64,000 nt of DNA from the IMG/VR virus record IMGVR_UViG_3300020385_000009; one strand, given 5' to 3'. A model generated the notes under the pieces. That model did no database searches, had not been told where the DNA came from, and saw only the letters and a list, made by a program, of their open reading frames with translations. The DNA comes from an uncultured virus (IMG/VR IMGVR_UViG_3300020385_000009) (lineage: Duplodnaviria > Heunggongvirae > Uroviricota > Caudoviricetes). This document shows, one piece after another, positions 1 to 7,566 of the stretch; position 1 is the first letter of the stretch, and every line of letters starts with the position of its first letter. The translations under genes were made by a program, and so were the position numbers.

Positions 1-755
1 TCTTGACGAAATGAATATTTTTTATGTAAACGGAAATAATCTAATGATGTTACACCTGCAATTTTAATTGTTTGGTCAGGGTGATATTTAGGGTTTCTTT
101 CTTCTACAATGCCAATTGGAGACAAACGATTTGCGTGACGCTCACCTAATCGATTTTTTATTCTATAATAGATGTAAGGTATATCGAAATAATCACTGTT
201 GTATCCTACAAGAATGTCTGGTTGTATAGCTTCCATTCTAGAAAGAAAAACTTCAATAAGGTCGGTTTCTCTTCTTACAGGTATAATTTCTCTACCATCT
301 TGGATACCTTCTTTTATTTCACCTGTTTTGTCTAAAATGACAATAGCCCATTCGTCTAATTGTTTGTCCCACCAAGCAATTGATGTTATAGGTTTAGGTG
401 CTTTTTGAATGTAAGTAGGAGTTAAGGCACCACCCATTTCAATCTCAATGTCAAAAAATACTTCACGGTGTGTTTTAGAAACTTCACCATTTATACCATA
501 TTTGTCAATTAAGAATTTTGTGTGGATATTACCTCTGTTATGGTCAGCATAATGTAGGCCTGTTGTGTTTCTATCCCAACTGGTTACCTTTTTTAGAGGC
601 TCATTTCCTAAACCTCTGTGGGTAGATTGAGCTTCTTGACATTCAACATAACCATAATTTTGAAATTCCTCAACAGAATAACCATTATCATCCCATAAGT
701 GGATGTTATAATGGTTATACTCTTCTCCTCTTGTAACGTAACAATTTTTATACAC
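1..755 (-). CDS. Family B DNA polymerase, N-terminal/3'-5' exonuclease part (runs off the window)
   Basis: Not in the ORF track; translated by hand from GTG at 755: MYKNCY...VFFDIEIE (ExoI)...PDILVGYNSDYFDIPYI (ExoII)...LDYFRLHKKYSF, open to the window edge. Confidence 0.88.
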   Translation of the reverse strand, partial: MYKNCYVTRGEEYNHYNIHLWDDNGYSVEEFQNYGYVECQEAQSTHRGLGNEPLKKVTSWDRNTTGLHYADHNRGNIHTKFLIDKYGINGEVSKTHREVFFDIEIEMGGALTPTYIQKAPKPITSIAWWDKQLDEWAIVILDKTGEIKEGIQDGREIIPVRRETDLIEVFLSRMEAIQPDILVGYNSDYFDIPYIYYRIKNRLGERHANRLSPIGIVEERNPKYHPDQTIKIAGVTSLDYFRLHKKYSFRQ

Positions 756-922
756 TAAACTAGCTCTTCTCCTATTCCTACTACTTCTGATAAAATTAGT
801 AATGATGCAGCTAAATCAATACTCCACCATAGAGCTCCATATCCTAAAAGACGGATAGTTGATTTAATAAAACTTGCAATTGCGTGTTTACGCGGATCAG
901 GAATTTTGTTTAAGTTCTTCAT
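755..922 (-). CDS. Small membrane protein (55 aa)
   Basis: Hand translation MKNLNKIPDPRKHAIASFIKSTIRLLGYGALWWSIDLAASLLILSEVVGIGEELV; its TAG overlaps the polymerase GTG. Confidence 0.6.
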   Translation of the reverse strand: MKNLNKIPDPRKHAIASFIKSTIRLLGYGALWWSIDLAASLLILSEVVGIGEELV

Positions 923-1505
923 CTGTAAAAAATTGTTTTAAATTTGGTCTGAAATAATTAATTGATTTTAATACTTTTCGGTCTCTAGATCGGTATACTA
1001 CCCAATATTCGCCTACTTGCTCATAATGTGTTTCTTCACCTACTCGTTTAGCTTCTGCTTTAGCTGTTTCGATAGCTTCTTCTTCTGTTTTGCAAGCTTT
1101 AGACATGTTTGACGCTTGGACCTCTTGATACGCATTCCATATCTTTCCCTTAAGGCCATGTAACATAGCACCGTTCCCAAGGGAAACATAAGTAATGTCG
1201 CACAAAGCATCCAAAATTTCCACAATGTCGCCGTTTTCGCATGCTTCTTTATATTCCGCAAGTTCTTCCTGAATGAAGTCGTATACAAACATCCATTCTT
1301 TCCTTTCTGGGATTGTTGGTTCATAATTGTTTGGTTTACCAAATGTTGAATTAAATTCTTCAACTTCGTTTACAAATGGTACATTCCAATATTTAGGACT
1401 TACCTTTGTTTCTTCAAATGGAATTGTTAATTGTGTTCCCATATTTAAATTTTTAATTTCTAAATCTAACATAACTCTATTGTGTGTCGCTTCTGCGTCA
1501 GTCAT
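897..1505 (-). CDS. MazG-like / PRA-PH family NTP pyrophosphohydrolase
   Basis: EELAEYKEA...EILDALCDITYV acidic motif, followed by EVQASNMSK and KVLKS. Confidence 0.85.
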   Translation of the reverse strand: MTDAEATHNRVMLDLEIKNLNMGTQLTIPFEETKVSPKYWNVPFVNEVEEFNSTFGKPNNYEPTIPERKEWMFVYDFIQEELAEYKEACENGDIVEILDALCDITYVSLGNGAMLHGLKGKIWNAYQEVQASNMSKACKTEEEAIETAKAEAKRVGEETHYEQVGEYWVVYRSRDRKVLKSINYFRPNLKQFFTDEELKQNS

Positions 1506-1506
1506 G

Positions 1507-1707
1507 TTATTCTAGAATTTTAATAATTTTTGTTTCTTTAACTTCTTTTACTTGGTATTCTACTTGTACATTTTCGAATTCCTTAACAACTTTAGCTTCT
1601 GCTTCAGTGCATGATTCTGATTCTACACAATACACTTCATTGGTTGTTGTAAGACGTCCTCGTTCGTTTTCGTCTTGTACTTTTACTTTTGCTAAATAAT
1701 ATGCCAT
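1507..1707 (-). CDS. DUF4494-like small protein (Bacteroidota-type)
   Basis: YLAKVKV...YCVESESCTEAEAKV pattern. Confidence 0.6.
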   Translation of the reverse strand: MAYYLAKVKVQDENERGRLTTTNEVYCVESESCTEAEAKVVKEFENVQVEYQVKEVKETKIIKILE

Positions 1708-1716
1708 AACTGTTTT

Positions 1717-1875
1717 TTATTTGTGGTTTCTTTTAAAATCTGCTGCGAAGTTTTTAATTTTGTTGGCTGCTGATCTACATCTAGTTTTTGCAGCTGCTGT
1801 TGACTTTGCAATTTCGTTTTCGATTAAAACGATTTGTTCTTTAATTGCGTCTAGTAATTTTTGCGAATTTTCCAT
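1717..1875 (-). CDS. Small basic Hc1/histone H1-like protein (52 aa)
   Basis: Hand translation MENSQKLLDAIKEQIVLIENEIAKSTAAAKTRCRSAANKIKNFAADFKRNHK; resembles the KAAxxRxRK core of Hc1-like proteins. Confidence 0.5.
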   Translation of the reverse strand: MENSQKLLDAIKEQIVLIENEIAKSTAAAKTRCRSAANKIKNFAADFKRNHK

Positions 1876-1993
1876 TGTTTGTTTTAAATTTATAAATTAT
1901 ATAACTAATTGCGGGGGTGCCTAATAATAATGTAAATACATTAGGATGAGCTTCCCCACACAAACCTAATGAATGTTTTATGAATTCTATCAT
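1841..1993 (-). CDS. Small hypothetical membrane protein (50 aa)
   Basis: Hand translation MIEFIKHSLGLCGEAHPNVFTLLLGTPAISYIIYKF...; ATGA overlap with the folE stop. Confidence 0.45.
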   Translation of the reverse strand: MIEFIKHSLGLCGEAHPNVFTLLLGTPAISYIIYKFKTNNGKFAKITRRN

Positions 1994-2685
1994 ATATTAT
2001 GACCTCCATTGTTTATTTTTAAACTGTCGAAGAATTCTTTTCTTGCTAAATTATCATTTTCTCTAAATACTCCTGATGCTTTTGTAGTTACCATGGCAGC
2101 TCCTTGGTGTTTAACACCTCTACAACTTACACAATTATGTGTTCCTACAATTGTAACAATTACACCTCTATTACCTTCAGTGATCTTACACACTGCATTA
2201 TGAATTGCTGATGTTAATTGTTCTTGGATAGCACCTCTACGTCCAAATAATTCTACTATTCTATTAAGTTTAGACAATCCAATTACTTGGCCTTCTTCTC
2301 CCGCAATGTAACCAATGTGTACTACTCCCCCAATTGTTTGGTGGTGGTGTGAACACATTGAAGTTAAAGGTATATTACGTTCTATAATAATACCATCATA
2401 ACCATCTGATGGGAAAGATGTAATAGGTGACATTGCAGTATAACGACCTGCCCATAAATCATTTACATATGCTTTAGCTACACGACGTGGTGTTTCCATT
2501 GAATTAGGATCATTACGCCAATCACATTTTAAAGCATCTAAAAACTTACCGTAAGCTTCTTCTGCTTCATCAATCATTGCCGCTTTTTCTATATTAGTGA
2601 AGGGAAATCCTTCTGCAACTCCGTTTGCATAACCTACTTTTACTACTTCTAATTCTTCGTGTAGTTTTCTTCGTTTATTTTCCAT
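1990..2685 (-). CDS. folE: GTP cyclohydrolase I
   Basis: ETPRRVAK, SMCSHH, GLSKLNR, QEQLT, HNCVSCRGV. Confidence 0.96.
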   Translation of the reverse strand: MENKRRKLHEELEVVKVGYANGVAEGFPFTNIEKAAMIDEAEEAYGKFLDALKCDWRNDPNSMETPRRVAKAYVNDLWAGRYTAMSPITSFPSDGYDGIIIERNIPLTSMCSHHHQTIGGVVHIGYIAGEEGQVIGLSKLNRIVELFGRRGAIQEQLTSAIHNAVCKITEGNRGVIVTIVGTHNCVSCRGVKHQGAAMVTTKASGVFRENDNLARKEFFDSLKINNGGHNI

Positions 2686-3187
2686 CTAATTCTAAAATTG
2701 TGTTTATGTTTCTACATGTTCCATCCTCATTATCCATACCATAGCCTACAAACCAAGGCGAATCTTGAGTATATTGTAATATACAAAGGGCCTCTTGAAT
2801 AACCAAATTTTCCTTAAAAATTGTTGCAACTGGTGTAACATTTATTGCGCCTCTTTCTTTAAAGTGATCAATTAGAAATTTCATAGTATGTCCTGAGTCT
2901 ATTATGTCGTCTACAAGGTATACATTCTTTCCATTAATGTCGGTTTCTAGATCTTTTGTAAATTTAATGTCTTTTCGATTTTGACCATCATATGATTTTA
3001 CACACACAAAGTCAATTTCAATTGGGACTTTAATGTGTTTAACCAAATCAGAAAAAAACATAAAAGCACCATTTAATATTCCTACAAATACTACGGGAAC
3101 TTTATTGTTTGATTCTGTTTGATTAATAGCATTAGCTAATTGGATAATTTTAGCTTGAAGGGCTGATTCAGATATTATTTTCTTCAT
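2675..3187 (-). CDS. hpt: Hypoxanthine/guanine phosphoribosyltransferase-like protein
   Basis: GILNGAFMFFSDL, KSY loop, PRPP motif LVDDIIDSGHT, FVGYGMD. Confidence 0.88.
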   Translation of the reverse strand: MKKIISESALQAKIIQLANAINQTESNNKVPVVFVGILNGAFMFFSDLVKHIKVPIEIDFVCVKSYDGQNRKDIKFTKDLETDINGKNVYLVDDIIDSGHTMKFLIDHFKERGAINVTPVATIFKENLVIQEALCILQYTQDSPWFVGYGMDNEDGTCRNINTILELDGK

Positions 3188-3960
3188 TATACTCCTCTTT
3201 CTGTGTCAAATGCAATAATGTGGTCTCTACCTGTCATATTATAACCATGTTCTGCGCATAATTCAAATACTTTAGGATACATTTCGATTAATGTTTCTCT
3301 TGTGTCTCCTGCGGGCATAATGTATGTTTTGTCCTTAGGGATGTTTAATTCAATACGGTATGCTTCAATTTCGTCTAAATTTTCTTGTGTACCATCCCAA
3401 ACTGGTTTAAAGTGATAATCATCATGGAAGTCAATCATTTGTTTGATTGCTTCTGTGTTCATTCTTTTTCTGTTGTGTATGTTGACGAACTTTTGGTCAA
3501 CCGTGACCCCACCTGGAGTAACAGCGCCAACAACAGGAATTGAATTAGTGAATTTAGGGCTAAGAGACAGCAGATTAATAGGATAATCGGTTTCAACAAA
3601 ATGAGATCCTTCAGTTTCGATAGTAATAATAATGTCTCTTTCATGTGCAAAATGTGTTAATTCGTTTACTAATGCGGGATGCATTGTTGGTGATCCTCCT
3701 GTTAGCATCATTTCTTTAACATGAGGGTTTTCATCATATATTTTAATAATGTCGTTGAAGGTAAATGTTCCTTTTTCTGGATGTATTGATGTGTACCATG
3801 AGTCACACCATCCACCTTCGCCAAAGTAACAACGGTGAGTACACCCTGTTGTTCTTACAGCTATGGTTGGTCTTCCAAAACGACTTCCTTCTGATTGTAC
3901 ACAGCGGTACAATTCAAGTATAGGAAGTGTTTTATCGTAATGTTTAATTCTTTTATTCAT
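3187..3960 (-). CDS. queE: 7-carboxy-7-deazaguanine synthase (radical SAM)
   Basis: QSEGSRFGRPT..VRTTGC, CxxxC(x7)CDS, LTGGSP, IETEG, SLSPK; lies in a que cluster. Confidence 0.9.
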   Translation of the reverse strand: MNKRIKHYDKTLPILELYRCVQSEGSRFGRPTIAVRTTGCTHRCYFGEGGWCDSWYTSIHPEKGTFTFNDIIKIYDENPHVKEMMLTGGSPTMHPALVNELTHFAHERDIIITIETEGSHFVETDYPINLLSLSPKFTNSIPVVGAVTPGGVTVDQKFVNIHNRKRMNTEAIKQMIDFHDDYHFKPVWDGTQENLDEIEAYRIELNIPKDKTYIMPAGDTRETLIEMYPKVFELCAEHGYNMTGRDHIIAFDTERGV

Positions 3961-4792
3961 GTGCCGCTAATAATGCTGTTACGTGTTCTTTTGCTATCAT
4001 CCATCCATCAACATATTCGACTGGGTCTTTTCTTCCTAATTTGAGGAAAGCTTCAATTCGTTCTACTGATGATGCTGATTTGTAATCTGACAAACCTTCA
4101 GCTGTTGGTTTGTATGATGTGTTTGTACGTTTGTAAACTTCATCAAAATCTAAACCTAATTCTTTACAACATTCTTCACCATCTTTTAAAATGTCAAATT
4201 TGTCACCATCTAAGTAGGGTGTAGTGTAGGTTACTTGATCAGCATCCCAATTACCTTGTTTAAATGCTTCATAATCTGCGTCTCTAAATTCTTGACGACA
4301 GTCAGGATAAATTGCATGATCACCTGCATGGATACCCATTGCTATTTCTACTGGGCAATTCTTAGTGTTTGCAATTGATAATGCAATTGCTTGAATTATT
4401 GAAGAGAACATTTTGTTACGGTTTGGTACAACCGTATCTTTCATGTTGTCTTCTTCATAATGACCTTCTGGAACGTCAGCTCCACCTTCAACTAAATTAG
4501 ATTCAAGTAAATCGACTAAACCATCTAATTTAATTACTTTATATTTAACTTTGTTTTCAAAATTATGAACAATTGTTGTACCTGCTTCATTTTTAGCAAC
4601 TACTTGATCTTTATTATCATTAATGTAGTTTACTAATTCTTGAGCTCGGTCTAATTCAACTCTGTGTTTTTGACCATAATCGAAACTAACTGCGGTTACG
4701 TCATAACCTTCAGCTAATAGACGTAGTAACACTGTACTACTGTCCATTCCCCCACTTAGGGATAAAACTGCTTGTTTATTCATTTTCTTCAT
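3953..4792 (-). CDS. queC: 7-cyano-7-deazaguanine (preQ0) synthase
   Basis: SGGMDS PP-loop, FDYGQKH, VPNRN, YPDCR. Confidence 0.93.
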   Translation of the reverse strand: MKKMNKQAVLSLSGGMDSSTVLLRLLAEGYDVTAVSFDYGQKHRVELDRAQELVNYINDNKDQVVAKNEAGTTIVHNFENKVKYKVIKLDGLVDLLESNLVEGGADVPEGHYEEDNMKDTVVPNRNKMFSSIIQAIALSIANTKNCPVEIAMGIHAGDHAIYPDCRQEFRDADYEAFKQGNWDADQVTYTTPYLDGDKFDILKDGEECCKELGLDFDEVYKRTNTSYKPTAEGLSDYKSASSVERIEAFLKLGRKDPVEYVDGWMIAKEHVTALLAAHE

Positions 4793-5249
4793 TATTTAAG
4801 TGTTGATCTCTTTCTTCGTGTTCCCAAATACCATCTACGTTAAATTCATGCCAATGTACACGGCCTTCTAATATAGCGTTTTTAATATTTTTCTGATGTC
4901 CGTTTAAATTTGAATTACCACTTTTTACTTCTATAAAATGTACAGAACATTTTTTCTTACTTCCTCTATTTGCAAATGCAATGTAATCAATTGGTTTTCC
5001 AAAAAATTGTACGTCTTTGGGATCTACTGGAAAGTCTTCCATGAATGGAACATAATGTTCGATTGTTTTTCCAAAACTTACTGCTCTTGATCTTGAATAT
5101 GCGTCTTCACGAATTCTTTTTTCTTCTTTGGTTTTCCATTTTGCTAAATAAGATTCAGCTTTTCGTTGTGCTATTTTATCATGTGAAATGTAAATGTAAG
5201 CTGCAAAACCTAAAGCACATATTGTAATTGTAATTAATATTGATATCAT
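4776..5249 (-). CDS. Membrane-anchored PD-(D/E)xK nuclease, Holliday junction resolvase-like family
   Basis: N-terminal hydrophobic helix; GKTIEHYVPF, FFGKPIDYIAF, FIEVKSG. Confidence 0.75.
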   Translation of the reverse strand: MISILITITICALGFAAYIYISHDKIAQRKAESYLAKWKTKEEKRIREDAYSRSRAVSFGKTIEHYVPFMEDFPVDPKDVQFFGKPIDYIAFANRGSKKKCSVHFIEVKSGNSNLNGHQKNIKNAILEGRVHWHEFNVDGIWEHEERDQHLNNEENE

Positions 5250-5252
5250 AAT

Positions 5253-6065
5253 TTATTTGTTGTAAGCGTCTGTTATTAGACGTTTGAATTGGTTTAAATT
5301 GTAGTTTATATCATATAAGACTTTTTGATCTAAATGTACTAATCCTATTTGATCTATTTTTACTGATTCTTTTTCTAATAAACCAAAAGATTTGTATTGT
5401 TTACCTTTTAAACCGTGAATTATTGGGTTAGATGTGTCTATAGATTCAATAAAAGGAAAGTCAGGATAATAACTAAATTCCTGTGGTAGTGCACATCCTA
5501 ATAAATGTACTCTGTCTTTATCTTTTATTAATCCCGCTTTATACATCTTTGATATAGTCATTATACGACCCATCATTTTACCAACCAAAGGATTTGGGTG
5601 AGGAAATTGTTCGGCATACCAATCAGCACCATAACTAAATGCTATTTTTTGGTACCCTAAATGATTTTTAAGAATATGGTAACATTCAAATGCTGAAGCA
5701 TAATCGTGTGCTTGTACAACTGCTACTTTAGTAGTGCCTTCAGGTAATTCTACTTGTGACCATTTTCGTGCATTGATAATTGTTTGGTTTTTATCTTGCC
5801 AAACATCTGGAACTATAAATTCATCTGGTTCTAATTCATTAATCCAATACATTAGGCGGTCTGTATCGTATGCTTTGCCTAATTCGTGGAGTGAATTATC
5901 CATTACAATGTAACTTCCTGATTCTCGTGCATCACGAAAATGTTGCTCATATAATGGACTTTGATCTAATAAATGAGGCAAACAATATTCGTAATCATTA
6001 ATTTCAAAACTCCTACTAAGCATGTTTATAGGTAGTTCATGCGAAATTTTAGGAATTTTTGACAT
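5253..6065 (-). CDS. TGT-fold protein, candidate DNA 7-deazaguanine transglycosylase (DpdA-like)
   Basis: MDNS, IVPDV, VAVVQ, VHLLGC, SIDTSNP resemble TGT barrel motifs; sits inside the que cluster. Confidence 0.62.
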   Translation of the reverse strand: MSKIPKISHELPINMLSRSFEINDYEYCLPHLLDQSPLYEQHFRDARESGSYIVMDNSLHELGKAYDTDRLMYWINELEPDEFIVPDVWQDKNQTIINARKWSQVELPEGTTKVAVVQAHDYASAFECYHILKNHLGYQKIAFSYGADWYAEQFPHPNPLVGKMMGRIMTISKMYKAGLIKDKDRVHLLGCALPQEFSYYPDFPFIESIDTSNPIIHGLKGKQYKSFGLLEKESVKIDQIGLVHLDQKVLYDINYNLNQFKRLITDAYNK

Positions 6066-6297
6066 TGTTGCTTTTTTTAGATTTTTTAGACTTGCCCTTC
6101 TTTTGGTTTTGGGTTTGAGGGTGTTCTATTATGTACTTTAATTTAGCACGTTGTTTAATAGCACCTACACCTTCACCTAGGCGTCGATTTAAATCATTTA
6201 ACTTTTGTTGTGGGGTCATATTATCCCACACTTGTTGCCTTTCTAAGGCTTCACTTTGACGGAGCTCTTTGCGTCCCCTTCTAGTCAATCCACTCAT
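6049..6297 (-). CDS. Hypothetical basic protein
   Basis: 82-aa Lys/Arg-rich ORF packed in the operon. Confidence 0.6.
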   Translation of the reverse strand: MSGLTRRGRKELRQSEALERQQVWDNMTPQQKLNDLNRRLGEGVGAIKQRAKLKYIIEHPQTQNQKKGKSKKSKKSNNVKNS

Positions 6298-6308
6298 AGT
6301 TTATTGTT

Positions 6309-6797
6309 TTATTCTGTGTATATTGATGAATTTCTGTCGGCTTCCCAACATTCTACTTTTACTACTTTTACTCTACCACCACCTGTTAAGGCTAAACGTT
6401 CGTTAAATTTATCATAAACTAATTTAGCACAAGATTCGGCTCCCATTTTATCCATAACTCTTAAAGATAAAGTGCCTAATTCTTCCATCATTTGGAATGA
6501 TTCTAATTGTGGGTCATCTTTTTCTATTAAACATGTATGGTCCCACATATAATTCATCCAATCTTTTAAACCATTACCTGGTGTTGGTTCTGCGTCTGTT
6601 GATTTGAACCCACCATAATCCATAATCCAATTCATTTCGTCTAATTGGTTTTCTTCTAATGGTTCGTGAGATTCAAACCATACTTTAAATTTTAAAGCAT
6701 ATCCATGAAGTAACTCACAATGTGAATGTGCAGCTTTATGTTGTCTTAAGGCTACAGAATAATTATCAAATAATTTGGTTGATTGGTATTTTGCCAT
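6309..6797 (-). CDS. queD: 6-carboxy-5,6,7,8-tetrahydropterin synthase
   Basis: HSHCELLHGY, WIMDYG, WDHT, GAE motifs. Confidence 0.9.
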   Translation of the reverse strand: MAKYQSTKLFDNYSVALRQHKAAHSHCELLHGYALKFKVWFESHEPLEENQLDEMNWIMDYGGFKSTDAEPTPGNGLKDWMNYMWDHTCLIEKDDPQLESFQMMEELGTLSLRVMDKMGAESCAKLVYDKFNERLALTGGGRVKVVKVECWEADRNSSIYTE

Positions 6798-6814
6798 AAC
6801 TTTTATTTTTTATT

Positions 6815-6844
6815 AATATACGACCTTATTCTTGGTCGTCCAAA
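6815..6844 (-). promoter_or_regulatory. Putative class I promoter (TTTGG-N16-TCGTATATT) upstream of the que cluster
   Basis: Same two elements and spacing at 14719, 16498, 55160 and 63165. Confidence 0.6.
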
Positions 6845-7011
6845 TAATCCTTGTATTTTGTTTTTAAGATTTTATCAAAAGATTCTGCTTGTTCTTTTAA
6901 TTTATCTATTTGATCTAAATTTTCAATGTCTAGATTTTCTAAATTATCTACAAACGATAGAATTTTGTTCATATCGTTTTCTAATTCTTCAGGGTTAATT
7001 GGTTTCTTCAT
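6826..7011 (-). CDS. Hypothetical protein
   Basis: 61-aa ORF packed in the operon. Confidence 0.55.
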   Translation of the reverse strand: MKKPINPEELENDMNKILSFVDNLENLDIENLDQIDKLKEQAESFDKILKTKYKDYLDDQE

Positions 7012-7183
7012 AACTTACTTCTTTTATTTCATCACAAAAATAGAATTTATGATCTTTTTTTAATATTGTATCACAATGCCATAAAATTTTTAAAGGAGTT
7101 AAATCTACTCCTTTTTTAAAATGATGTGTTTTTATTTTTCGTTTAACTACGAACATTTTACTATTATAGTGTACGTATTCCAT
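6995..7183 (-). CDS. Hypothetical protein
   Basis: 62-aa ORF, TAATG-coupled to the upstream gene. Confidence 0.6.
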   Translation of the reverse strand: MEYVHYNSKMFVVKRKIKTHHFKKGVDLTPLKILWHCDTILKKDHKFYFCDEIKEVSYEETN

Positions 7184-7566
7184 TAACTGTATTTTAGTCT
7201 TACTCTTTCTGAGATAGGGAGTGAATCGCCTTGTTCATCTATTCGTACAAACTTTATTTTAGTAGACAAAATAACTTTTTGGGCTCCATTGTATACACTG
7301 TGGGATCTAGCTTCCATATTTAAAGTTACACTAGTGTTACCTATTTTGTCTACACTTGCATATATTTTAATTAAAGATCCTTCTTTTGCGGGTCTTTTAA
7401 AAATACATTTGTCTATAGCTACTGTAACTACTCTTGGGGTATCACAAACTTGGGATGCATAAGCTGCTGCTGATGCATCTATCCAAGCTAGTAACTTTCC
7501 TCCAAACAGATTTGAATGAAATCCTAAATCTGATTTTTTTACTGGGTGTGTTGTAATTAATTCCAT
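7183..7566 (-). CDS. Hotdog-fold acyl-CoA thioesterase (YciA-like)
   Basis: NLFGGKLLAWIDASAA, VVTVAID, GNTS; start moved to ATG 7566 (TAATG overlap with nrdA). Confidence 0.85.
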   Translation of the reverse strand: MELITTHPVKKSDLGFHSNLFGGKLLAWIDASAAAYASQVCDTPRVVTVAIDKCIFKRPAKEGSLIKIYASVDKIGNTSVTLNMEARSHSVYNGAQKVILSTKIKFVRIDEQGDSLPISERVRLKYS

